Assembly (NCBI RefSeq): GCF_001194135.2
Contig: NC_068986.1
Coordinates: 101,560,051 to 101,607,062 of the forward strand
DNA length: 47,012 nucleotides
Direction of reading: 5' to 3'
From: Octopus bimaculoides
Lineage: Eukaryota
The translations under genes were made by a program, and so were the position numbers. The notes under the pieces are model-generated. The model had not been told where the DNA came from. It did no database searches and saw nothing but the letters and a program-made list of their open reading frames with translations. Of the stretch, positions 35,595 to 47,012 are shown piece after piece (positions within the stretch are counted from its first letter, which is position 1; each line of letters begins with the position of its first letter).

Positions 35595-35695
35595 TTGGTC
35601 GGTGAGAGAAGACACTTACTGAAGGAGCCACGCGCTGGAGTTGAACCAGGAACCATTTGGTTATAAAGCAAGCTTTATACCACAGAACCGCACCT
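35595..35695 (-). mobile_element. Degraded SINE family C, 5' part
   Basis: AGAAGACACTT..GCCACGC..TTGAACCAGGAACCATTTGGTT..AAGC..ACCACAG. Confidence 0.8.
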
Positions 35696-37557
35696 TCGTC
35701 TGCTTGCATTTTCTTTACTATCACTCATGTTAAGGTATTCAATTAAAATTAGTTATATGTTGAATGTCAGCACGTGTTCCGTTCCCATGTTATTAACCTT
35801 TGGGCAGATACTATGCTCTCATCGATTTTACACAAAAGGGTCAGTAATAATATGTCAAATTCGATCTCTGAACTTCGCAAAGTTGTGAAATTAACAATAT
35901 TTAGACAAAATTTACATTAGTTCAATCACTCCCAATGTGCATGAATATTTAGAGAAAATAGCGTTGATGAATTGATATGAGTAGGCCTATAAAATGTCTA
36001 ATTCCGTCACTGAGTTATGATCTATTCGACGTAAAAAGAAACTGGTTTCAGAGACATCTAATATCTTTCATTCTATTGTTTCTATAAAAATAATATTGAG
36101 TTCTTTCATTCTGATCTATGGATCAAGAGATACACTGATTATTCTTTTCCTATATTTGACCTCCATAACCATTCGATGTATATTAACATCCTATTTATTT
36201 TTATTGCATAAATAAATTGTATAAAAAAAAGGAAATTATTGTTTGTAGACGTATAAACGTTTCACATATTTTAACAACTATATCGTATACGGCTCCAAAC
36301 GTTTATAGGGATCCCTATTGAGAACCGCTTGTTTAAAGCAAAGCAAAATCAGAATGGCTCATATTGATTGCCATTTTTCACTCGTCTGTCATACATAGCT
36401 ATTCGCTGTGACGTAATACAAGCCCAAATATCTACGGTTATACTGCGACAATGTGTGTTTTCAAATTATCATTGAAAAAACGGGATGTCTTTGCAAAGTA
36501 TCATAAAAGTAATGCGCTCCGAATTATAATTTTCTTTTAAATTTATGTATCTGACAGATGTTTACAAATATTCAAGAAATAGCACCACGGATAGGATTGA
36601 TCCACTAATGATTGGTAAAAAATTAATCATGCTTCTCTGAAAAGGAAACGTAAACATGTGTTGTAGACTTGGCATTCAAAAATTGCAGGAAAGAAATTTA
36701 CAATTAATGGGCGTTTAAATCACGTTCAAATACCTCTGTCAGCTTTCAAACATGACGTAATATTGACAAGTGAGATTTCCTGTCCTTTCAAATAGCGAAG
36801 GAATAACTGTCCCTTTAGAAACACTAAAATCATATTTGTTTCGGAAGATAAGGTATTTGTCATGTATAATATATGGCATAGCTTAAGTAAATGAATAACT
36901 TATAAGCTGTTATCAGTATTGACAATTTCGCCAGAATATCTTAAGAAAATGGAGAATAAAAGATTATATATTCTGCTGATGTTTCCGATTATTTTCTTAG
37001 TTATTTGTGAAGTGATGTAGCTTTTAAGTTGTTTTAGATTATTTTACGTGCTTTTCCACACTAAAGATCGATAAAACAGCAGGCAACGAACATGATTTAA
37101 TTGCCTAACTTTAGCTCGCTTGAAACAATAACAAAGAATTCAAATAGTGGTTAAGTGGACACTTAGGCTGGAAGGCTGCTACAAACTCAAATATATATTT
37201 GCTGCAAGAGATCATATGCAAATACGAGAATCTGCATAATGATCCAGTAAATGCTATCATAAAAAACAAAAATGGATATAAGCGTGACAAGACCCAAACT
37301 AAATAAATGAAATCTTTTGGAAGACCAAGTAATAAAATGTAAAGGAACGTATGCAAATCTGTTGCGTGTATTTTATTGAATGTTGGGACTTTTATTTATT
37401 CTCTGAAATAGTGCAAAGATCACTCGAATAAGTGGTTTCCATAAACAAAAACAAAAAGCAAAATCACATCGAATTCTATCTCCTATATGCTGAAACATAA
37501 CAAATTGATAGGGGCACTTAGGAGAAACAGCCTACATGTTTCATGTTCCTCTCATAA

Positions 37558-37605
37558 TATATATGTATATGTGTGTGTGTGTGTTTATGTTAACCTATCT
37601 ATCTA

Positions 37606-37675
<70 letters not shown>

Positions 37676-37690
37676 CATACATATATGATG
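37558..37690. repeat. Compound (TG)/(CTAT)/(TA)/(TACA) microsatellite
   Basis: Directly visible. Confidence 0.95.
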
Positions 37691-39191
37691 CATGCGTTAG
37701 TTTAAGCCATGTGGTTGTTGGTATGCCTACACAGTAAAATGCACGTTGACAGATTATAGCCAGCAGGAAGCCTTTATAGTACACTTTCCTTTTAATTATA
37801 TTTTTTAGAATCAAATTTTTTACGCAATATAATTTCAAATCAGTAGCGCTGGCAATATATGGTTGCAATAAGAATGTAGTCAAGAAATGGCGATTATGAT
37901 GCTCATATGATGAATAGAGAAGAATTACAGCATGGAAAATGTTGATTTATCACATGAAGTTAGACGAAAATAATTATAGCTTTGCTGGAACAATAAGGTT
38001 TTTTTGTACCCTTCCAAGATTCCATTCGTAATAGTTGTCCTAATTGCAAACTTACTATTTTCTTCCTCTAATATGCTTATATATTTCAACATATATCTGT
38101 ATGTAAGCGCGCAGCCGTGTATATGTATGCGCTCATGAGCCTGCACATGCATATAAGAAAAAGCAAGGAAATAAATGATGAATTTCGCTTTGTATAACAG
38201 AAAAGACACATCACTTTCAGCATTGATGTTTGCAGGCATTGATAATGAGGGAGAAAAGCTTAAAGGAAATGTCTTTTTCTACGCAACTGTAAAAGTTGTG
38301 TTATTATGTCACTTATAGGATAACGAAAAAAATCTTGCTTTCGTGCTAAATGCAAATTAGCATCTAAATATTGATATATTTTCAGAGAACCTAGCACTTA
38401 TGCGCAAATTCCAGGTAACACTGGCAGTAGCCGTACAACATACTCTAGAACAATTTTAGCAAGTTCTGCCTCGGCTATCGACGTAGCTCTCACCAAACAT
38501 TTCAATGGGTAACACTTTCAATGGGTAACAGTTTCAATAGAGTTCATAATATACGCATATTACTGCTGGTACTATTCACAAATAGTTGAGGATTTAATGT
38601 TTACACCGCCAATAGTAAGACCGCTTTGCATCTTTGGCCACTTCTCATTGATAAAGTATTATCAAACATGTACTTTTGTCTATTTAGAAATGCAATTATA
38701 TCATAACCTGTTTAGGGTTGTTCATATCGCTTTAGAAAGTGCGTTAAGTGTTTAGATACAGGCTAGTGTGGCGTTCATTGACGCCTGTGGCATTTTAAAG
38801 ATGATATGACGTGAATTAATGAAGACTCGGCTACTTCCTTCAGCAAGTAAATTGACCACATGGGGGCGTCATCGCTGTTTGATGAATAACAGGTTTGCAT
38901 AACGGCAGTTCAAATAAACTTTGCCGATTTTCTTTTTTTTTTTTTGTTAGTATAAAGAAGTAGATTTTGAACAACAATGTCAAAAAATACAGTGACATAT
39001 TTGTGAGACACCGAACATATGATTGTAATTTTCTCGGTATTTAGACCCAAAATCTATTTTAACAACATTCCACAATGACGTTCTTCTTCGGTAGTTGGGA
39101 AATGCCCAAGTGATTCCCTACAGGATAATATATCTATCTTTTATTAAATGATTTAAATGTTTAGTTTGGTGGTAGAATCGGGTTTTACATC

Positions 39192-39194
<3 letters not shown>

Positions 39195-39232
<38 letters not shown>

Positions 39233-39262
39233 GAGAGAGGGGGAGAGAGAGAGAGAGAGAGA
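39195..39262. repeat. (GA)n microsatellite
   Basis: Directly visible. Confidence 0.97.
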
Positions 39263-41190
39263 TGGGGGAAGAAGAGAGTAAATGTGATATACAGAGGAAG
39301 TTAGCATACTTGGTTTAGAACTCTCTTAAACACTCTGTTTTTCTATGAAATTTTGTAGAGATGGTTTTTCGATAGAGTAGACCGTATTTATGTTGATAAC
39401 TAGAAACAATAGCATTTATGTATTGCACTATACAAATGAGTAGAATTATTTCATTTCAAGCAATTGTTCTTTTCAATATTTCAACGTTTTATACAGATAC
39501 CGAGAATTTTAATATAAGTATGTATATACAGTTTTATATTGAAGTATCTACATGTCATATTTCTTGATATTTCTGTTGGTGGCAAAATAATATTTTCCGA
39601 AGTCATCTACTCTATGATGGGTGCCGATCCATTGTCAATGGTAATAGGCAAAACTTACTCCTACGTTTTCATTGGTAAACGATGGGTTGAAATTCAATTT
39701 TTGAATATTCAGTTATTTATATTATCGCGGCAACAATTAGCATTAATTAGCAACAATTAGCATTACTTAATATTCTTAGAGTCGGTGAGGTTTGGTGCGA
39801 TGAACTATGCGAGGCTCTTCTCAATCTCATGCATTTCTGCAGAGGAAAAAATTCTACAACAATGTCAACAGCAACATGCGACTGTCGAAATGATAAATGA
39901 TCTTACTCGTGAAATCTCCTAGAAACAACAGCCGAATCTCTCCCTCACAACACGCCGCTCTTAAAAATCGAAAATTACATAATACTCAACGAAATCATTT
40001 GCCTAAAATTAAGAAAAAGACTGAAAAACTATTTTATATAAAAATACACAATTTGCTATAAGATGGGACTACCAATACATAATCCAAGGCATTGCGGAAC
40101 TACTTTGTTCATGGTTGACCTGCGAATGTAGCAAGTATTTATCCCACAAAAGAGTCCCTTTAACCCTACCAATTTAGGAAACATCTACAGATTAGAATTA
40201 AAACACTAAGCAATAAAAACAGAAATAGAAGTCTCAAAACATCCAATCCTAATTACTGTGAACTTCGCAATCATCCCCACCATAATCACTTAAATTATCG
40301 TAAAAATCATCATCATCGTTATAATCATTCCGGTGGTAATCGTCATCAACAAGAAATCATCAGCACCACCACCGTCAAAAAAAAAAGAAAGAAAAAATAA
40401 CATTATATATTCACAGCAACAGTAGCGACAGGAGTGTCATCTTATTCTTTTCTCAGCAGGAACGTCACCAGCAAATGCTGCCACAATTTCATAAATAATA
40501 AATGGCAAACAAATATCGAATATAAGTACAAACATAATACAAACACTAACAGCAGCAGTAATAAAAACACAACAAGAATCACCAGTTATTAATTATACAA
40601 CGTGGATCAAACAGTATTTAGCAATGAACCGTCAATGGCGTTCCCAGAAAAAAAAATATGCCGTCATTATTAATTATCATCAGCATTGTCATCATCATAG
40701 TGTCATCATCCGGTGTCATCGTCATCATGATTATCATCGGTATTGTCATCACCGTTGTTGTCATTATTAGGAACCAATTACTTATACATATAATTTTCAG
40801 TAATTTACTAATAACAAAATGCCGAAAGAACCAAACATTTCTATCATTACCATAACAACCACTGTTATAACAATTACATCTTAACTTACACCAACGCGCT
40901 TCAATATTAAACGAACTGGTGAAATCGAGAGAGTGTTGGACAAAACGTTTTTAATTTTGAGTACGGCCTCTACATTTTCAGTACGGCAAAATAGATAAGA
41001 AATGGACTTTACTTTCAACTGTTCCGAGCATTCAATGGAAACGGAGCATAGAGTTGGTCTAATCCACTATAGATATAACATCAATTTGCGACATTGCTGC
41101 TATGTTCAAATTTTGCCGAGGTCAATAGTGTTTCTCTTATGTTTCTACGGTCACGATAAATAAAATAATATACTAGTAGTGTCATAATTT

Positions 41191-41497
41191 TGTGGAGGAA
41201 AATGGCCTAGTGATTAGCGCAGCAGACCTCGCGGGCGAAGAATTGCGGATTCGAATTTCAGACCGGGTGATGTGTATGTTGAGCGAAAACTCTACGCTCC
41301 ACGCGGCTGCAGCAGAAGGTAATGGCGAACTACTGCTGACTCTTTCGCCACAATTGTTTTTCACTCTTTCCTCCTGCATTTAGAAGCTTACCTGCGACGG
41401 ACCGGCGTCTCGTCCAGGCGGAAAGCCTATACGCCAACGAAACCGGGAAACCGGGCCTTATGAGCCAGGTATGGCTCGAGAAGTAACAAACAACAAT
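41191..41497 (+). mobile_element. tRNA-derived SINE, third family (D), with V-SINE-like 3' motif
   Basis: A-box TGGCCTAGTGATTAG (41203), B-box-like GGATTCGAATTTC (41247). CCTGCGACGGACCGGCGTCTCGTCCAGG (41391) resembles CCTGCGATGGACTGGC..GTCCAGG of V-type SINEs. (AAC) tail. Confidence 0.75.
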
Positions 41498-41594
41498 GTC
41501 CCACTTTTGGAGTACCAACCAGCCCCACCCCACACACTAAAATCAAGCATTGTTATGTTAGGCGTTTATTACTATTATTCTTATTACTTACGTT

Positions 41595-41870
41595 GAGGCG
41601 GTGAGGAAGCAGAATCGTTTGCACGCCGAGCAAAATGCCTAGCGGGATTTCGTCCGGCCATACCTTCTGAGTTCAAATTCCACCGTCGTCGATTTTCACT
41701 TTCGACATTTAAGAATCGATAAAATAGTTTCCAGTTTGAGCACCGAAGTCTATGCACCGAAGTCTATGCACCGAAGTCTATGCACCGAAGTACCAGTTGA
41801 GCACCGAACACTTCTCTCATCCTCGAAATTGCTGGCCTTGCACCAACATGTCAAGCCTTAATTACTTATG
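41595..41870 (+). mobile_element. SINE family A with internal 14-bp tandem expansion
   Basis: GGCGGTGAGGAAGCAGAATCG..GAGTTCAAATTCC; GCACCGAAGTCTAT at 41740, 41754, 41768 and a partial unit at 41782. Confidence 0.88.
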
Positions 41871-42319
41871 TTATTGTTGCTTTGTGTTTCAAGAGACCTC
41901 AGATAACAGCGAGATGGTTGTGTTACCGCTAATGATATATTATGCGAAAAGAACACCAAGATCTGAGAACAATAATTCTATTAAAGCTTTAATATTTCGG
42001 CTTTGAAAGATAAATATCATTTATTTCCGAGTTGACGATATTTTTTTAGGTTGAGGTTACTACCCACTAGAACAAAGTTTTTATACTTCTAAAGCCGTTG
42101 GGTTTCCTGATATTAGTATCAGTGGTATCCCTTGAACCTCCCTTTAAATCGGATAGCCTTGTGCCAAAATGTGGAGCTATTATTAATGTCTATAATTTCC
42201 TGGTAGTCAAAATATATGTTCGAGGTCTACGCTATAACGACGTTAATTATGTGAACGAAATCAGCCATAAGCGAAATGTTTTACATAATGAAACGATGTT
42301 GTGTTGATTTATAAATTCA

Positions 42320-42650
42320 TGGCCACATATACACACACATTTGTCCACACATATGAAGATGTGCACCTATACATGCAAACATGGTACATAGCAGCAAAGC
42401 ACACACACACTCAGACATGCCCACACATGGAGACAGAGGTACATACATACATACACACACGCACACACAAACATAAAAAAAGAAACAAAAAACAAAATAA
42501 ACACACACAAATGCAGAATACATACATACATACATGCAAACACACACATACATACATATATACATACACACATATACATACATATATGCATGTGCACGCA
42601 CACACAGATATACATACACACATATATGCATACATACATACACACGCATG
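42320..42650. repeat. Degenerate (CA/TA/TACA)n low-complexity tract
   Basis: Directly visible; explains the His/Thr and Cys/Val/Met pseudo-ORFs. Confidence 0.9.
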
Positions 42651-44459
42651 CGTAAAAACAAAAAAAAGTAAAAACAGAACGCAACGTAAATGACGGACAG
42701 AGTGAAGACTATTGAAAAGGTTGCAAGACGCAACGAAAATTTTGGGAAAATAAAAAATAAGATATTGAAAAATACATATTTTCTTAAATGTAAACCTGGA
42801 TACAGTCTCTTCACGCACAAAAAAGCAAAAGGATTTTTGATCAGCGTTTCTATAATTTTGAACTCGATTAAATCGAAAAATTAGAAACTTAAGTTTATGG
42901 TTAATAATTTTCAAAAGAGAAGCAGAGTTATATTATTTAGCATAGTATAAACACCCTCTTCACCATTTGTATCTTACCACCCTCTCATTCCTGAACATTA
43001 TCATCATAATCACAATTATATTTTCATCAATGTCGTTGTAGCCGTAAGGTCTAGCATTTTGCCAGAGATAAGTACATCATCAATGTCTATGTAGATAAAA
43101 CAGGCACGACTTCGATCGACAATATCTATTCCACCAGTATCCAATTCATAACCTATATATAACGACGCCATCAATCCTGATACATCACTACCATCTTCAT
43201 CTCCAACTGACTCAAACAATATCGCGTCTGCCACTTAATGTGCATATGTACGTGTTTATGCAAGTATATCTTTGTATACACCGATTTGCATAGAATCCGA
43301 ATTAGGAGTTTTAGTGAATGGAATCTGTTGTAGAATTTATTCGAGGGCCAAGATATAAATATGTATTCGCATGCTTGTATGAACGTACCGATATGATATA
43401 TATACGTACATAGATTAACACTCATGAAGCGTATGTATATACGTGTGAACGTGTGAGTGCACAAACAGAAGCGCACACGCACACATACACACGTGTATGT
43501 ATTTATGTACATGTATATGAAGAGAAAGGGTGAGCAGACTGATAAATACAGAGATTACTGAAATATTGAAGAAACCATATACACAATTGTATGTAGCCGT
43601 TGATATATACACATTGGAAAGGGAAACAAACGAAAGCAATACTAAAGATAGATTCAAATAACATGTTCTATAAAAGCATTTCCTGTCATTGTCATTACAT
43701 GATAGGATAATAGATCTAATGGTAATACTATCTGCTCTTTATGATGGCAATGCTCCCATTTTGATAATCAGTCGAAGGTCAACAATCGACTGATAAAATA
43801 TTTTCTCCCTCTCAGTATTTATCGAGGGTTATACCACCTAATGTGTTTACTTTTAAGACTGCATGGAGTGATTCGAACGAGATATATGTATTTTTTTTTC
43901 TAGCAGGTATTGTGGCTATATAGAATCTACATCCTTACATCAACTTTAAAATCGGCAGCAGTATCGGTTTGCAATCACAGTTCTTAGAAAATTTAAGTCA
44001 GTGTGATCGTTTACGTTGTTTGATTTAATTTTTCTGACGTCGTCGTAGTAATGAAAGTCATCGTTAACTATAGCATAATGATAAATGTGAATTTAAATGA
44101 CAGTATCCACTATAAGTCTACTGCTGATACTTATTTCTCGAACTCGGTGACGGAGATTATTTTCAACATTGACAAAAAGGTGATATCAAGCTGGAACCTC
44201 TTTATTCATAAGTGAATATGACACTGTAGTACGTGTATTCCGCACTGCTTCGACTGCACAATAGTATGATAATTATTTCAAATATAGACACAGAATTGGT
44301 GGAGAATGAATGAGTCACTCCATTATAAACCCGTATATTATTAGTATATACATTTTTTTCTTTCTTTTATTCACTCCTAGAAAACGAAAGTAACACCGAT
44401 TCTGTCACCATTAACATACAAAATATGAAGAAATGTTTTTATTCCTAATTATTTTTCTT

Positions 44460-44850
44460 CCCATGTCGGCAAGCTAGCTGAATTGCTAGTACCACAAACG
44501 AAATTCGTACCGGCATTTCCTCCAGCCAGTCCAAATAGGGTAAGTTACGTGTTCCATCCTCCTGGGATCATTAGCATAAAGTAAAAACAAACTACTTGGG
44601 TCCATGTAATCTACTAACCCACCCTCCCTTTAATATTGCAGTCCTTGTTCCGAAATTCGAAACCATTCTATTCCCCTTCCCACATTCTCTGTCATAAAAG
44701 TTGTTTCTAATTAAGGTGTAAGGATAGCATTTACCAGTTGTCAATTGGATCGATCCGGATGTATGTCAGACAATACTGTAATCGCGATTGAAAGAATGAA
44801 CTGCAACTTAACCAAGGCAAGGGTTGAACTCAGAACGTAGGGAGCTCGAT
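44460..44850. mobile_element. Two very degraded family A SINE remnants, tail to tail (+ ~44460-44690, - ~44715-44850)
   Basis: GTCCTTGTTCCGAAATTCGAAACCATT tail on plus; TTGAACTCAGAACGTA and GAAAGAATGAA in minus-copy orientation. Confidence 0.5.
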
Positions 44851-46770
44851 CATCTAGAATTAGACTTGTTATCTGGCATTACCGTTTTAGTGGAATGAAT
44901 TATATTTCCTACATTTTCCCCGAAAAAATGGATAAATAGCAGTTACAAAGAGAAAGGAATAAGTTTGCAAGGTGAAAGTAATCAAATAAGATATCTCAAT
45001 AGGGGAAAAACACCCAGGGCTAATTAAAGAAATTCATAAATCAATGATAATCCGAAAAGCAAGTCCACTCACCCTGACCTATCCCTCGGCTAACTTGCGG
45101 ACGCTAAGATTAGGTACATACACATGCTTAATTTTTCCATAATAGAACTGGATACTGACAGGAAAAAGAATTGACTTACTGTGCATCAGTTGTAATATGA
45201 AGAAAAACTAGACACGAACATTGCTGGCACTCCGTCGCTTAAGACGTCGAGTGTTCCAGTCGAGTCTTGCAGTTATCAACAAATGTCTACAAACTCCCAA
45301 TTCCCACAAAAATAACCCAACATTGCATACACTTAATGAACACGGTGATATACCAGATGGTGCAGCAGAAACTCGCACGAAATTACCAAAATAAACACTT
45401 CATAATTGCATCTCCATAGCATAATTAGTGCAAAACAGAAAGAGATGCCATCACTACAATTCATTAAAGCAGCTTGGGCTTTGATATCTAACGATTTGAT
45501 GTAATCTTGCTCTAGGCAGACAATGACTAGAGGTTAAGCATGGACAAATATATATTTCATATTTTCAGTCTAAAATCTATATAATCCTACACCATTAACA
45601 TTATTACCTATTATTCTTAACAAATATTTATTGAATGGAAATCTTTACGAGTATTCTTCCTAGCTCCAAGCCATCGCCTACGTTGGTCTACTAACACATT
45701 CTGTCGTAGAACAACTTGCATAGAAGCAATAATTCAATAAAATAATATATCGAAGTAAATCTGTCATTAGACTATAGGAATTGCACACACTTGCACAGCA
45801 AGTTGCCAAAATATTTCACTCAACTATTTCTGATTAAGATTATCATCATAACCATGTATTTTTCTCATCAAATAGTTTGAAAAATGAGATACTGACATTC
45901 ATTGAAAAACAAAACTGACCACGAATTTTCTGGCCTTGTCTAGAATCGTATATTTTTTTACTACGGTCATGAATAGGAATTCAGATATGTTATATACTTC
46001 TTAAAGCAATAGGTATATGCGCGTGAGAACAAACACCAACATTCACAAGCAACAAAATAGGTATACTGACACACACAAAATCTTCTTTCCGCACATTTCA
46101 CTTCAACAAGAGAGAATATTCAACAGACAATTATTTGTATAAACAAAATCCTATTTCAGGAAAATGGGTTGTATTAAAATTTGAAAGCTGTCTGAAATGA
46201 GGTTGAAACCTGACGTCATCAGCCTCAAATCTGTCACTATAATCACTACCAACGTATAATTTGTACAAAAGAAATGTATGAGTGGATATGTTTGAGAATG
46301 TGTACATGTGTCCAAAGAACAAATAACCACGAGTTGTTGAAAAGTATATTTAGACACTACAAGCTATTCATTAACATAAGTTGAAATACATAATTATAAT
46401 AGTGCCGCAAGATTTATAATGGAAAACACATATATCTGCAATGCTTATTATACTTACATCACGATATAACATCATCGTCAATGACCTTATAATCAATGTA
46501 ATCAGAAACTTGGTTCAGATGACGTATGTGGTAACATGAGTTTCATGTCAGTGTTCAAATACAGACATTTGCACAGATACATTGCACGATCACGCACCGC
46601 CACACCCGCATATTTATATATATATATATACACATTTTTTACGGTGGTTGTTTGCCATTTTTCTACTTTTTGGCGACGGTGAGAAGGTCAAATTTTAATA
46701 TTTAATGTCTCAAATTTCATTCAGTAAAATGTTAAACTGATTTTATGTGGCTGTGTGAGCGTTTAGATGC

Positions 46771-46858
46771 AGACATGGTTGTGCGGTAAGAAGTTTGCTT
46801 TTCAATCTCATGGCTCTGGTTTCAGTCATACTGCATGGAACACTGGATAAATGTTTCT
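46771..46858 (+). mobile_element. Degraded SINE family C, 5' part
   Basis: CATGGTTGTGCGGTAAGAAGTTTGCTT..CATGG..GGTTTCAGTC..CTGCATGG colinear with 12418-12510. Confidence 0.75.
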
Positions 46859-46974
46859 GGTTCTCGTACTTCGGACAATTTTGTTTGAGATTCTCAACCA
46901 AAACTGCCCGACGAACAGGAATGTGAAACTCTGAGTAACAGTTTTTGTGACACCTTTGTAGCGTTATCAATAAA

Positions 46975-47012
<38 letters not shown>

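Noticed and set aside
39560-39700. Minus-strand FNPSFTNENVG..DRHPS..LRKI resembling a Penelope linker
   Set aside because: Too short and degenerate to support as a feature without a search.
38499-39770. Short tandem duplications (16-bp TTTCAATGGGTAACAC at ~38500; 20-bp CAACAATTAGCATTAATTAG at ~39731)
   Set aside because: Two-copy slippage products with no further structure.
41191-41270. tRNA-like A/B boxes here and at other SINE heads
   Set aside because: No cloverleaf or acceptor stem; they are SINE promoters, not tRNA genes.
43058-43100. RT-like YIDIDDVLISG on the minus strand
   Set aside because: The motif has extra residues, sits in a degenerate (GAT)n tract, and has no flanking LTR-RT motifs.
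43767-43794. 9-bp perfect stem ATCAGTCGA / TCGACTGAT
   Set aside because: Stems this short are expected by chance in 47 kb.
36405-46530. Several TGACGT(A/C)A CRE-like sites, including TGACGTCA at 46211-46218
   Set aside because: The number is in the range expected by chance for this length and composition.

Overview
AT-rich, repeat-dominated eukaryotic genomic DNA with 11 assembly gaps, nearly all flanked by (TA)n/(TG)n. The SINE families look like octopus (coleoid cephalopod) repeats; this is recognition from memory, not a database search. I found no intact protein-coding gene, RNA gene or CRISPR array. Almost all ORFs in the supplied track come from microsatellites, N-runs or low complexity. 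Supported features: about 25 tRNA-derived SINE copies of three families; an unclassified ~500-bp repeat flanked by (TAA)n; four Tc1/mariner transposase relics; a pogo-like relic; a CR1-type LINE 3' fragment; one clear and several weak Penelope-like (GIY-YIG) relics; many simple and tandem repeats. The most notable observations are (i) co-oriented stacks of SINEs and the unclassified element on one strand of (ATT)n tracts, in two oppositely oriented clusters, (ii) a decayed Q-rich/SP-rich reading frame with two CCCH-like zinc fingers at 12.9-13.9 kb, (iii) an unidentified decayed coding-like region at 18.1-19.9 kb, and (iv) a nested fold-back with a 45-bp near-perfect hairpin at 21.1-21.7 kb. 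I cannot demonstrate a new biological system here; these are leads. Repeat boundaries are approximate (about +/-20 bp).
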